DNA from: Pirellulales bacterium
GTDB lineage: Bacteria > Planctomycetota > Planctomycetia > Pirellulales > JAICIG01
Assembly (NCBI GenBank): GCA_963786255.1
Contig: CAWAYY010000021.1
Location: 3,840-67,839 of the forward strand
Reading direction: 5' to 3'
DNA length: 64,000 bases
The notes under the pieces are model-generated. The model searched no databases, had not been told where the DNA came from, and worked only from the letters and a program-made list of their open reading frames with translations. The number at the start of each line of letters is the position of its first letter. Positions within the stretch are counted from its first letter, which is position 1. The position numbers were made by a program, and so were the translations under genes. Positions 51,485-60,722 of the stretch are shown in pieces.

Positions 51485-54400
51485 CTGCCGCCGTAAGCGC
51501 CGGCCAGCGGTCCGCCGTTGACGACGTTCTTGGCGCCGAACAGGTCGATAATGCCGACGACGTTGGCGTTGCCGGTTCCCGTCAGGCTGGCCGAGACGTT
51601 GAACGTGGCCGGATTGTAAACGGCGTTGATCGCATTCAAGATCGCCTGGGCGATGGTTTTCGGGGTCGTGTTGCCCGTGGAGTACGGCACGGCGACATTT
51701 CCGTCGGCAAGTCCGGCGCCGGGCTGCACCGGCTGCGTGGTGAACTCGAACGTCTGCCGGTGCTGGCCGTCGTCGATCATGAACTGCTGGCCGTTGGCGA
51801 ACGGCGTGTAGTCCAGCGTCGCGGAGGCGGAAACGATGCCGAGCCCGTAGCCAGGCCCCTTGTAGCTAGCCGCGTTCGAGGAGGGGAGGCCTTCGTCATC
51901 GACGTTCGAAACGGCGTCGACGCGGACGTCGAACGAGCCGAGCGATGTCAGCGTCTGCATTTGTGCGGCGGTCAGGGTGTAATGGGCCGTCACCCTTTGC
52001 CCCTGTGGCTGGCTGACCAGGGGATCATTGACGGTGATGTATTCATCGAAGCCGATGTCCGGGATCCTGACCTCAAGCTTGGACGGCTGACTCAGAGCCG
52101 TGGGCAATTGCCCATCGGCCGTCATCTGCACGTTCATCGACAGCGACAGCACGCCTTGCCCGTCGGTCGTCGGCGCCAGGTTGCTGAAGCTCCAGCTTGC
52201 GCTGTCGTGGTTCAGAAAAGGCACGAGGGTCTGCGTGAAGTCGGTGTTCAGCGAGAACGACGTACTGAGGCGGTCGTTGATGCTGAACGCGGCGTAAAGG
52301 CCGACGTCGGGATCGATGTCGTTGACGTTCGCGCCAAATTCGGCGCCGCGGCGGATTTCCAGCTCGTACGCTCCGCCGGGAATCGGTTTGATCGCGTTCG
52401 GGTCGGGATTGGTCGGCACGCTGAAGTAGCCGGTGTTTGCGGCGCCGCCAAGTTTGTTGGCGTTGGTCACCATTTCGCCCTGGCCGGCGAAGCCGATGAC
52501 GATGTCGTCGACGTACCAGCCCCCGTGGCTGAGGTTCTGGCCGATGCCGGCGCGGGCCGCCGTGCTCATGCTCAAATTGTCGTAGTTGGCGCCAAACGAG
52601 TTGTCGAAACCCAAGGTGTTCAGAGTCGCGTTCTTGTCGTCTTTGCCCTGCGCATAGTTGCCGGGGCTGGACGGATTGTAGGTCGTGCCCGACGTGCTGA
52701 AATCGAACCGCAGCTCCAGGTTGCTGTTGCCCGCGTAGGCGCTCAGGTCGATGTGCGCCTGGCGCCAGCCCGTGCTGGTAGTTACCGCGTCCCAGAGCGG
52801 CTGCACCTGTTGGCGCGGATCGCCGGAGCCGGTGTTTTCGGACGTGCTCCAGTACGCCGGCGCCTGCGTAGATGTGTCGAGGTTCGGGTTCGGGGCGCCG
52901 GCCAGCGCGGTATCGTTGGTCGCGACGAGTTCCCAGGTTTGCCCATTGTCGGGCGAAACGAACACGCGGGCCGAGCTGAACGGCCGCGGCGCCGTGTTCT
53001 TTACCGAGTACTCCCCGCCGGCGTCGAGGTAGTAATCGAAGTACAGCGCCGGCTTCTCGCCGGCGTTGTAGCCGCTCAAATCGAAAGTATTGGTGGTCAG
53101 CGAGCCGTAGGCGCCGCCCGGCAGGTTATAAGTGTTATAGGGCGTCGTGCCGTTATTGTACGTGGCGGATGCGTAGTTGTTGGCCGAGACGGGCAGTGCG
53201 TTCTGGGGCGTGTTCCCGGAGTTGCTGTGCGGCTCCAAACCGAAGTAGAAACTGTCGCCGCTCGCGGGCGGCTTATTGGGCGAGAGGGCGTTGCGGCTCT
53301 GGTCGGCGGAGACGTTGATGCCCTGGTTGGGATCGGCATTGGTATTGGTGACGTGCCACAGGTTATAGTCGAGCGTCGAAAACGCCAGGCTGTATTGAGA
53401 ATTCCCATTGACGTTCGGCAGCGTGACCGAGAAATCGCGGTCGTTCGCGTTCGCATCTGCTGGGTCGTGGAAAATCTGTTGCAAATCGCCGGCCACGGAG
53501 AAGGCGTAGAGCCTGCCCGAGTCGCTGGTCGCGAACAGGTCGTTCGCGTAGGCGCCGTTTTCCACGTTGACCGGACCGTTAGTCAGGCCGTGGAAAGCGA
53601 TCGGCTGGCCTGTCGTTGGGTCTTGGATCGGGTTTGAAGTTGTTATAAGGGTGAATGTGACGCCATTGGGATTGTAATTCCCCGACGAAGGGTTGGTGTA
53701 GAGAACTTTGTACAGATTGCCGGCGTCGGTCACGGCATAAAGAGTTGTGCCGATGGCAGCCAAGCCGGTAATGTTTTCTCCGGCGCCGAGGCCCCTGGCG
53801 ACCGCGTCCGGGGCCATCGGATTGTTAAAATTGGGGGCCGCAACATTACTGATGACAAACCCGGATGAACTCCCGGTGGCCGGATTGAGCTCGTAGAACA
53901 GATTGTCAACCTCATTGTTCGGCACGCCATTGGTAAGGCTGTTTTGCGTGGCGCGGTGGCCGACCGCGAACAAAAGCGGCGTACTGGTGGGGCCGTTGAC
54001 GTAGACGTACGCCATGGCGTCGAACTGGATGCCGGCGTTGGCGGCCGTGAAATTCGGCTGGGTGGCGCTGCCCGGGTTGTCGTAATACGTCGTGATTCCC
54101 GCGTTGCCGACCCTCGTGCCGGCGGCGTTGCCGGTGTTAATTTGTATCAGGTTGGTCGAGCCGTCGCTCAGGCCGGTTTCCATGCCGTAGAGCTGCCCGT
54201 TGTTTTGCATGGCGATGGCGTTCATGCCAAAGTTGCTGGTGCTCTGGTTGCTGATGGCTCCTTGGTCGGTTTGCTGGATGCCCGTGAACGGGTTGTAGGT
54301 GTACAGGTGCGTCGTCGTGGTGCCGGGCGCGTTTGCGCTGACGTACATCACCACGTCGGCCAGGTTGAAGGGCGTGGCATAGCTGTCGAGTTGCTGGTAG

Positions 54401-54990
54401 CCCGTGGTGGTGATGCCGCTGCCGTTGGCATCGACAGTGTAGGCGCCGGCCGGGTTGAGCGGTCCGGCGCCGGCCGACGCGGGCGTGTTGCCGAACAGCG
54501 GCGTCAGCGTGGTGGGATTCTGCGCCGTCGAACCGCCGACGGTGCCGATGTGGTCTTCGGAAATCCGCTGGATCGAATCGACCGGCTCCAGATGCACCAT
54601 GTAGTCGGTCGCGCTGCCCTTGAACGAGGCGTCAAGGCGCTGGGCAGCACGTTGCTGGAGTGGATCGCCACGTAATAGGTCTGGGCGCTGCCGGGCGTGC
54701 CCGTCTGCAACTGTACGGGGCCAATGTACGGGTCGAGCTGGCCGAAACTGCTGTGCGCCAGACCGCCGGAGTCGAGTCCCGCGCCGGGCTGGGGCTGCTG
54801 GTCGGCCACGTTCGAGTCGCGGCCCACGTAAATCAAGTTGCCGGCCGAATCGTAGACGTCGATCTCGGTGTCGGGCCGCGTCAGGCCGTCGGCGTAGCCC
54901 ACGTCGAACACGGTCGACCACGTTTTGGCGCCGCCCGAGAAGCCGCCGATCACCTGGATCTGCGCGTAGGTCAGATTGAACTTGTACCAC
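51481..54990 (-). CDS. giant exoprotein 1, segment 10 of 16 (propeller-like region, jelly-roll-like domain, TFEFTT module 4)
   Basis: In frame from about 54634 (DASFKGSATDYMVHLEPVDS...). Contains GNLYKVLY.., SGRLYAFSV.., SARVFVSPDNGQTWELVATND...WRQAHIDLSAYAGNSNLELRFDFSTSG (MAM/choice-of-anchor-like jelly-roll pattern) and GQQFMIDDGQHRQTFEFTTQPVQPGAGLADGNVAVPYS. The first ~118 ORF residues are out of frame. Confidence 0.85.
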   Translation of the reverse strand: MVQVQSDLRADPGDRRLLGRRQNVVDRVRRGLRRRPDAARHRDRRLRFGRQLDLRGPRLERGRPAAPARRGTRLRRSGAQQFRPARPVHWPRTVADGHARQRPDLLRGDPLQQRAAQRLDASFKGSATDYMVHLEPVDSIQRISEDHIGTVGGSTAQNPTTLTPLFGNTPASAGAGPLNPAGAYTVDANGSGITTTGYQQLDSYATPFNLADVVMYVSANAPGTTTTHLYTYNPFTGIQQTDQGAISNQSTSNFGMNAIAMQNNGQLYGMETGLSDGSTNLIQINTGNAAGTRVGNAGITTYYDNPGSATQPNFTAANAGIQFDAMAYVYVNGPTSTPLLFAVGHRATQNSLTNGVPNNEVDNLFYELNPATGSSSGFVISNVAAPNFNNPMAPDAVARGLGAGENITGLAAIGTTLYAVTDAGNLYKVLYTNPSSGNYNPNGVTFTLITTSNPIQDPTTGQPIAFHGLTNGPVNVENGAYANDLFATSDSGRLYAFSVAGDLQQIFHDPADANANDRDFSVTLPNVNGNSQYSLAFSTLDYNLWHVTNTNADPNQGINVSADQSRNALSPNKPPASGDSFYFGLEPHSNSGNTPQNALPVSANNYASATYNNGTTPYNTYNLPGGAYGSLTTNTFDLSGYNAGEKPALYFDYYLDAGGEYSVKNTAPRPFSSARVFVSPDNGQTWELVATNDTALAGAPNPNLDTSTQAPAYWSTSENTGSGDPRQQVQPLWDAVTTSTGWRQAHIDLSAYAGNSNLELRFDFSTSGTTYNPSSPGNYAQGKDDKNATLNTLGFDNSFGANYDNLSMSTAARAGIGQNLSHGGWYVDDIVIGFAGQGEMVTNANKLGGAANTGYFSVPTNPDPNAIKPIPGGAYELEIRRGAEFGANVNDIDPDVGLYAAFSINDRLSTSFSLNTDFTQTLVPFLNHDSASWSFSNLAPTTDGQGVLSLSMNVQMTADGQLPTALSQPSKLEVRIPDIGFDEYITVNDPLVSQPQGQRVTAHYTLTAAQMQTLTSLGSFDVRVDAVSNVDDEGLPSSNAASYKGPGYGLGIVSASATLDYTPFANGQQFMIDDGQHRQTFEFTTQPVQPGAGLADGNVAVPYSTGNTTPKTIAQAILNAINAVYNPATFNVSASLTGTGNANVVGIIDLFGAKNVVNGGPLAGAYGGS

Positions 54991-56876
54991 TGCACCGAAT
55001 TGAGCGCGGCCAGGTTTCCGGCCGCGTTGAGCGAACTGGTGTCGGTCGTGATCAAGTCGCCCAGGTTCTGCGCCGGCAGATTGTTGACGGGGGTATTGGC
55101 GCCGGTGGTGGTGGCGACCCCGGCGGCGACGCTGGTGTTAGCGATCAACGGCGAGTGGGCCGGCAAGCCTTCGACGTCGATGCCGTTAGTGGCGAAGCGG
55201 ATGTCGGCGTTCTGCACCGTCGAGCCCGGCACCTCGACCATTTGTTGCAACCGGACTTGGAGCTGATACTGTCCGCCGGCCAGTCCGTGGCTCTTGGCGG
55301 TGGTCGAACCGACGTTGGGCATGTACGTGACGCCCGGTATAGGATTGCCGTTTGCGTCGGTCGCGCCCTTGGCGTAAATGCGCACGTAGTAATTGTTCAC
55401 GCCTGCCGGGCCGGGCAGCGTGACGCGGAAGCCGGGATCGTACGGGTTAGTGGACCAGTAGTTTTCGAGCCCCAGGCCCGCCACGCCCGTCTGGCTGGCT
55501 TGCAGCGGTTGGGCCAGGTTGTTGGGCGAAAGGCCTGTCAGCATCGGCCCTGCTTGCAGCGGGTCGCCATTCGCCTTGGCGTTTTTCTGCTCGGCCAGGG
55601 CCTGATCGCTGCGTGCCAGCACATTGCCGTTGGCGTCGACCAACTCGACCACGGCGTCGAGCGCCGGCGACGTGTTGGTCACGCTGATGAACACCTGCGT
55701 GCCCGCCGCGCCCTCGAAATTGTAGGTGTCGACGTCTTGCGGGTGGTCGGGGCTGATCGAGCCATTGACCTGGAAGCCCAGCCGCAGGTTGTCGTCGCCG
55801 CTTTGCTGGTTCGCGGCGAGCTGGCCTAAAGACTGCGAGCGGGGGGGCGTCTCGTTCGTGCCCAGGCCGCCGGTCAAGGCGGGCTCCGCCTCGTTGAGCA
55901 TGGCGACGTTGCGGTCGTTCGAATACTGGTCCAGCAGCACGCTGTTCCAATCGCCCGGCGCAGGCGAGCTGGCGTTGCCGTCGCCGTTGGTGTCGTTGTC
56001 GGGCTGGCTGGAAGGCGTGAGCCCGGCGCCGACCGTGTCGTCCTTGATTGACGTGATAATCACCGGATGATTGGGCGTGCCGAGTATCTGAAGCTCGCCG
56101 CCGATGCGGTCGGTGATGTCGCCCGGCGAACCGCTGGCGGCGAAGCCCGCCCCGGCGGTCATCTTGATCACCAGGCTCTGGGTCGGACTCGACTGCATGC
56201 GCAAGCCGCCGACGCTCTGGAAGTTGGGCACGGTGACGTTGCCCTTGACCACGTGAACGATATCGACGTCGTCCCAGATGCTGGACGTTTCCAGGATGCC
56301 CCCGCGGACGACCATGCCGTTGATGCCATTTCCGCCGATAGCATTCAGCCGGACGAGCGGGCCGTGGTTGTCGTCGAACTGGCTGTAGCTCGCCACGGCG
56401 CCCGTGCTGCGGCCCCAATCGGGCACGAGCTGCGAATTGAGCGAATCGACGTCGACCGAGACGGCCGCTCCGGCGTTGTTTTGGATGATGTTGTTGACGA
56501 TCACCGGTTGGGCGCCGAGCACGAAGATCGTCGCCGCGTCGTTCGACAAGCGGCCGTTGCGGTTTGAGCCGTCGGCGCCGCTGGCGTTGTTCTCCAGCGT
56601 GCTGTCGGCAATGCGGACCTTGGCCTGGTGGATTTCGATGGCATCGAAATTGGCGAATCCGCCTTCGATGGCGGACGAACCGCCGCCGAAGGTGAGCCGC
56701 GTCTGGTCGAAGCTGCCGCTGGAGGTAGGCCAGAAATAGAAGCCGGCCCAGTCGCCGGCCTTGGCAGATACGGTCGCGCCGCTGTTGGGGGTGTCGAAGG
56801 TGCCGCCGCCGCCATAGCGCGCGTCGTTGATCGACGTGAACACGATCGGCTGCGCGGCGGTTCCTTCAGCGATCAC
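54504..56876 (-). CDS. giant exoprotein 1, segment 9 of 16 (right-handed beta-helix block, two PPC-like domains)
   Basis: QPIVFTSINDARYGG..GDWAGFYF, VIVNNIIQNNAGAAVSVDV, HPVIITSIKDD...PGDWNSVLL (beta-helix cap-like repeats). DVDTYNFEGAAGTQVFISVTN..LDAVVELVDANGNVLARSD and VQWYKFNL...TEIDVYDSAGNLIYVGRD are PPC-like. In frame to about 54634. Confidence 0.85.
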   Translation of the reverse strand: MIAEGTAAQPIVFTSINDARYGGGGTFDTPNSGATVSAKAGDWAGFYFWPTSSGSFDQTRLTFGGGSSAIEGGFANFDAIEIHQAKVRIADSTLENNASGADGSNRNGRLSNDAATIFVLGAQPVIVNNIIQNNAGAAVSVDVDSLNSQLVPDWGRSTGAVASYSQFDDNHGPLVRLNAIGGNGINGMVVRGGILETSSIWDDVDIVHVVKGNVTVPNFQSVGGLRMQSSPTQSLVIKMTAGAGFAASGSPGDITDRIGGELQILGTPNHPVIITSIKDDTVGAGLTPSSQPDNDTNGDGNASSPAPGDWNSVLLDQYSNDRNVAMLNEAEPALTGGLGTNETPPRSQSLGQLAANQQSGDDNLRLGFQVNGSISPDHPQDVDTYNFEGAAGTQVFISVTNTSPALDAVVELVDANGNVLARSDQALAEQKNAKANGDPLQAGPMLTGLSPNNLAQPLQASQTGVAGLGLENYWSTNPYDPGFRVTLPGPAGVNNYYVRIYAKGATDANGNPIPGVTYMPNVGSTTAKSHGLAGGQYQLQVRLQQMVEVPGSTVQNADIRFATNGIDVEGLPAHSPLIANTSVAAGVATTTGANTPVNNLPAQNLGDLITTDTSSLNAAGNLAALNSVQWYKFNLTYAQIQVIGGFSGGAKTWSTVFDVGYADGLTRPDTEIDVYDSAGNLIYVGRDSNVADQQPQPGAGLDSGGLAHSSFGQLDPYIGPVQLQTGTPGSAQTYYVAIHSSNVLPSALTPRSRAARPTTWCIWSRSIRSSGFPKTTSAPSAVRRRRIPPR

Positions 56877-58425
56877 GTTCGCGCCGGCTGCGCTTCGATG
56901 CGCGAGCCGCCCAGTTTGACCAGCACGCCCGGCTCGACCAGGAGCTGGCCGGCGTCCGCGCTACGTCAATGCCGTTGATCCGCAGGTTGCCGCCCGCGTT
57001 GCCCGTGATGATCAGGTTCTCCTGCAGCACGTAGGGAATGTCGGTGGCGGCGAACACGGCGGACACGTCGAGCGTGTCAAGCGACTGCCCGGCGTTGGTG
57101 TCGATGCGCACCAGGATGCCGTTGATCGTGTCCTGCGCAGCCCCGACATAACTCAGGCCGAGCTGCTGGCTGGCGTTGTTGGGGTTGTAGACCGGCGCCG
57201 TTGCTGCGGGACCGGTGGTCAACCGGTTGCCGTGGACGTCGGGTCCGAAACGCTGGTAATCGGCATAGAAGGCATCTGGAGTGAAGATCAGCGACCCGAT
57301 GCCGAGCGGGCCGAGCAGCGTTACGCCGTTGACGGCGATGTCGGTCGGCAGCGTGACGAGGTTGCCCAGCGATTCGGCCTGGTTGACCGCCGTGGCATAG
57401 ATGTTCGCGTTGATAGCGGCCTTGACGGCGCCGGCCACCTGGGTCGTGGTCGTCATGCCGGCGATCGAGATGCCAATGTACCCGGGCGTGACGACGCCCG
57501 TGGTCGTGAACTGGAACTTCACCGTGCCGAGGGTGAACTGGTCTCCATTGGCAGGGAGGGAGCTGACGGTGATCGTCAGATCGCTGCCGAAGTGGGTGCT
57601 TTCGAAGCTGTTGGGGTTGCCCGAGATGGCCGCTCCGGCGCCGTTGATGATCAGGTCGTTGGTGATTGCCGGCCGGGCGGTGTCGAGATAGATCGAGTCG
57701 TAGTTGTTCGGCACGCCGTTGACCACCACGCGGCCGCCGCCGTAGTTGATCGTGGCCTCGTTGACGCTGTTCAAAAAGATGCCGAGCGTCTCCAGGTCGG
57801 AGTCGTTATTGAACACCAACCCGCCCCAGTCGCCCGGCGCTGCGGTGAGGCCGGGATGGTTCTGCGGGGCGCCGAGCGAGGGCGTGTCATCGTTGTACGA
57901 GGTGAAGACGGCTTGCTGGCCCGGAACGCCCAGCACCTGAATGGCGCTCTGGCTCTGATCGAGGTTCACGGCCGAACTGCCGGCCTCGATGTTCGCCTGC
58001 CGCAGCTTGAACACCGCGCCGGCATCGACCATCAGCACGGTATTCTTGGGCAACTGCAGAATCGAATTGGCCGGCGAGTCGTCTGCGAGCAGGTTGCCGA
58101 ACTGGTCGGTTCCCACCAGGTACGAACGGTTGTTGTTGTTGATCGTCGGCGGCGTGACGCCGGGGATCGACTTGCTGAAAGGGGCCGTTTGCTTGTTGAC
58201 GGTGATCGGCTGGGCGCCCTGGAACAGGTAGACGTAAACGTAATTTCCGTCGTCGTTCGTGCTGAGCACGCCGTCGATGCGTCGCGTGACGGTTACGCCG
58301 CCGCCATCCGGGGCCGTCAGCTTGACCTGGCGGCCGGTTGGCAGCGTGAGCGTCGCCGTGTTGATGGCATCAAAGATCGCCAGCGACACGTTTGCCGACG
58401 TGGGGTTGGGCAGGTTGCCGATCAC
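56866..58425 (-). CDS. giant exoprotein 1, segment 8 of 16 (beta-helix block, TFEFTT-type module 3)
   Basis: QAVFTSYNDDTPSLGAP..PGDWGGLVFNNDSD, ITNDLIINGAGAAISGN, GDQFTLGTVKFQFTTTGVVTPGYIGISIAGMTTTTQVAGAVKAAINA. Two closely spaced breaks (about 56958 and 56884) lead into segment 9 through the short stretch DAGQLLVEPGVLVKLGGSRIEAQP. Confidence 0.85.
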   Translation of the reverse strand: MIGNLPNPTSANVSLAIFDAINTATLTLPTGRQVKLTAPDGGGVTVTRRIDGVLSTNDDGNYVYVYLFQGAQPITVNKQTAPFSKSIPGVTPPTINNNNRSYLVGTDQFGNLLADDSPANSILQLPKNTVLMVDAGAVFKLRQANIEAGSSAVNLDQSQSAIQVLGVPGQQAVFTSYNDDTPSLGAPQNHPGLTAAPGDWGGLVFNNDSDLETLGIFLNSVNEATINYGGGRVVVNGVPNNYDSIYLDTARPAITNDLIINGAGAAISGNPNSFESTHFGSDLTITVSSLPANGDQFTLGTVKFQFTTTGVVTPGYIGISIAGMTTTTQVAGAVKAAINANIYATAVNQAESLGNLVTLPTDIAVNGVTLLGPLGIGSLIFTPDAFYADYQRFGPDVHGNRLTTGPAATAPVYNPNNASQQLGLSYVGAAQDTINGILVRIDTNAGQSLDTLDVSAVFAATDIPYVLQENLIITGNAGGNLRINGIDVARTPASSWSSRACWSNWAARASKRSRRERDR

Positions 58426-59399
58426 GACGGCGAAATTCGTATCGGTCGGCGAAACCTGAATGCCGTTGCGCCCGTGGCCACGAATTCGAAATTGAACGTG
58501 TACGGGCCGACGACGACTTGGAACGTTTGCCCGAGGGCGATGCCGTTCTGACTGACGGCGAGCGCAAGCGTCGCGTGGGCGTTCGGCTCAACGCGCACGT
58601 TCACCTGCTCGCCGGCCGCGGCCGCGCCGGTAACGATCGGATCGTTGAGGGCCGCGTTGATCGTGTTGTATGGATTAGTGTTGGAGCCGATCGCACCAAC
58701 GCCGGTTCCGCCGTTCGGCGCGGCCTTGTCGACGTAGACCGTCTGGCCGACGTTGAACCAGAAGTTGTACGCGCCCGTTCCGCCCGGTCCGGAGTTGCCG
58801 ACGAGCGGATCGAGTTGCGTGGTTCCCCACAGCACCAGCGGGAACGGGTCGCTGGCCGAACCGGTCAGATTGCCCTTGGCCTGCGGATCGACCACGATGG
58901 TCGTCGTCAGCGCGCCGCCCACCTCGATGCGGCCGTTGCCAATGTCGGTGAGAATGTATTGGCCATTGGTGTTGTTGAAATGGCCGTCGGCAATCGCCTG
59001 GTTCAGGGCGTTGATCAAGTTCTGCGTCACCGCCTCCTGCGTGTCGCCCGCGTTCAACTGCACATTGACGTGTCCCGGCGTGTTGGCGGGCTTGGTCTCT
59101 CCGTTGTAGAACGTGATCGTCTCGGTTACGGCCTGTCCGGTGTTTTGGTCAACGTCGGTCAGCGTGAAGCTGTAAGGATAATTCGGCTGGCCGACGGAAG
59201 GGAACGCACTGGCGCCGCCGGCGGGCACGAACAGCGACACGCCGGGGTTGGTCAGCGGTTTGGTCGCGGTCGGCTGGAAGTTGAGCCGCAACTTATACTG
59301 CCCGAACGTGTTGCCGCCCCAGCCGCTGTAGGCCACGTTGGGATCGAACTGGTCGTTGCCGGTTGCGGTGACGACGGCGTAGTAGATGCCGGGCTGCAC
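58422..59399 (-). CDS. giant exoprotein 1, segment 7 of 16 (PPC-like domain, unassigned region, module 2)
   Basis: In frame from about 59474: PNLWWRKEIARNDNYYGTDSFASLGVQPGIYYAVVTATGNDQFDPN...GQYKLRLNF (PPC-like). Then ...NPYNTINAALNDPIV... and GQTFQVVVGPYTFNFEFVATG. The break near 58470 continues NGIQVSPTDTNFAVVIGNLPNPTS in segment 8. Confidence 0.8.
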   Translation of the reverse strand: MQPGIYYAVVTATGNDQFDPNVAYSGWGGNTFGQYKLRLNFQPTATKPLTNPGVSLFVPAGGASAFPSVGQPNYPYSFTLTDVDQNTGQAVTETITFYNGETKPANTPGHVNVQLNAGDTQEAVTQNLINALNQAIADGHFNNTNGQYILTDIGNGRIEVGGALTTTIVVDPQAKGNLTGSASDPFPLVLWGTTQLDPLVGNSGPGGTGAYNFWFNVGQTVYVDKAAPNGGTGVGAIGSNTNPYNTINAALNDPIVTGAAAAGEQVNVRVEPNAHATLALAVSQNGIALGQTFQVVVGPYTFNFEFVATGATAFRFRRPIRISPS

Positions 59400-60213
59400 G
59401 CCGAGGCTGGCGAACGAGTCGGTTCCGTAGTAGTTGTCGTTGCGCGCGATCTCCTTGCGCCACCAGAGATTGGGTGACTGTCGTTCCGGTGGTGGTGACC
59501 GTGATGGGGCCGGCCAGTTCGACGATGCCGGCGCCGATCGTCGCCGTCACGTTCAACCCTTGCGTCTGGATGGCGCCGATGATCGAGACCGCGATATCCT
59601 GCCGCGAGCTCGAGGACGTAAAGGGCACGGCGATGTTGCCGTCGCCCAGCACGCTGCCCGGATCGACGGATTGCGTGGTGAACTCGAATGTGACCGTGCT
59701 ACCCGTGTTGTCCGTGATGGTGAACGTATCCGTGTTGACGGCCTGGGCGCCGCTGGCCGGCAGGCTTAAGTCATTGAACTCTTCGTACAAAGTCAGCAAC
59801 GTGTTGAGCTGGCTGACGCCGGCCAAGCGCTGGGCCTGCGTTTCGGCGTTGAGCGTGCCGGGCGAATCGATCGTGAATTTGTAGGGATCGATCTGGTTGC
59901 TGGTCGGCTCGTAGGTGAACTGCAGGTTTGTGATGTCGGCGATGCCGGGGAATAGGCCCTGCGCGCCGCCGCCTGCCTGATTCGACTCCGCGCCGCCGTT
60001 CATCACCGTATCCGGCGGGCTATTGTCGTTGTGCGGCAAACCAAGCGTGTGGCCGATCTCGTGCATCGCCACGCTCATGAAGCCGCTGCCGTACAGGCTC
60101 GAACCCCAGTCGATGCCGCCATTGATAATGGCCTCGCCGATGCCGAGCGAAGCAATGCCGCCGACGGTGGGCGGCACGGCTTGACGCGCCTGGAGCGCAC
60201 GTGGGTCGCCCAC
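59293..60213 (-). CDS. giant exoprotein 1, segment 6 of 16 (metzincin zinc site, PPC-like domain, TFEFTT module 1)
   Basis: GFMSVAMHEIGHTLGLPHNDNSPPDTVMNGG (HExxHxxGxxH plus a candidate Met-turn). IDPYKFTIDSPGTLNAETQAQRL..LLTLY is PPC-like. DTFTITDNTGSTVTFEFTTQSVDPGSVLGDGNIAVPFTSSSSRQDIAVSIIGAIQ. In frame to about 59474. Confidence 0.85.
   Translation of the reverse strand: MGDPRALQARQAVPPTVGGIASLGIGEAIINGGIDWGSSLYGSGFMSVAMHEIGHTLGLPHNDNSPPDTVMNGGAESNQAGGGAQGLFPGIADITNLQFTYEPTSNQIDPYKFTIDSPGTLNAETQAQRLAGVSQLNTLLTLYEEFNDLSLPASGAQAVNTDTFTITDNTGSTVTFEFTTQSVDPGSVLGDGNIAVPFTSSSSRQDIAVSIIGAIQTQGLNVTATIGAGIVELAGPITVTTTGTTVTQSLVAQGDRAQRQLLRNRLVRQPRRAARHLLRRRHRNRQRPVRSQRGLQRLGRQHVRAV
60031..60063 (-). 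other. metzincin zinc-binding motif HEIGHTLGLPH inside giant exoprotein 1
   Basis: The plus strand 60031-60066 GTGCGGCAAACCAAGCGTGTGGCCGATCTCGTGCAT is the reverse complement of ATG CAC GAG ATC GGC CAC ACG CTT GGT TTG CCG CAC (M-HEIGHTLGLPH). Confidence 0.85.
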
Positions 60214-60722
60214 GACGATCCATCGGCGCCGCTGTAGCCCGACGCCTCGATAAAATGCAGCCCGGTGTAATAGCTGTAGAGCTGGAAGATCTCGCGAATC
60301 GTTTGCTTCTGATTTTCGGTGATCTGGTTGTGCAGCGGCTGATGCGTCGTCGGATTGCTCCCGTAGACGTCCGGAAAGCTGTAGGTATATTCCTGGGCGC
60401 TGCCGGCAACGATGCTGCCGACGTGGTTCTCGTCGCTGATCGGAATATCACGGTGCCCGGGGTCGGCCTTGCCGCCTGGAAACACGAGACCGCTGATGAT
60501 GGATTGCTGGCTGATGTTGCCGCTGAAGATCACCGTCTGCTGGTCCGAAGGCAGCGGGTCGGGCAGTCCGGCGACGGGCGAGCCCGGCAGTTCCGTCGCG
60601 CTGGCGAACGTACCGTTTCTGAGCGGAGGAGGGGGAGATCGTGAAGTGAGCGACGGCCGTGGCCCAGTCGCCGCTCGCTTGGGCGACCTCGCTGGCTCCC
60701 CAGAAGCTGCCGTCGCTGTCAA
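60075..60722 (-). CDS. giant exoprotein 1, segment 5 of 16 (linker and N-terminal half of the metzincin domain)
   Basis: In frame from the G5/C-rich run near 60632 (...HFTISP|PPLRNGTFASATELPG...): DIPISDENHVGSIVAGSAQEYTYSFPDVYGSNPTTHQPLHNQITENQKQTIREIFQLYSYYTGLHFIEASGYSGADG. A break near 60220 leads into segment 6. Confidence 0.8.
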   Translation of the reverse strand: MTATAASGEPARSPKRAATGPRPSLTSRSPPPPLRNGTFASATELPGSPVAGLPDPLPSDQQTVIFSGNISQQSIISGLVFPGGKADPGHRDIPISDENHVGSIVAGSAQEYTYSFPDVYGSNPTTHQPLHNQITENQKQTIREIFQLYSYYTGLHFIEASGYSGADGSSWATHVRSRRVKPCRPPSAALLRSASARPLSMAASTGVRACTAAAS

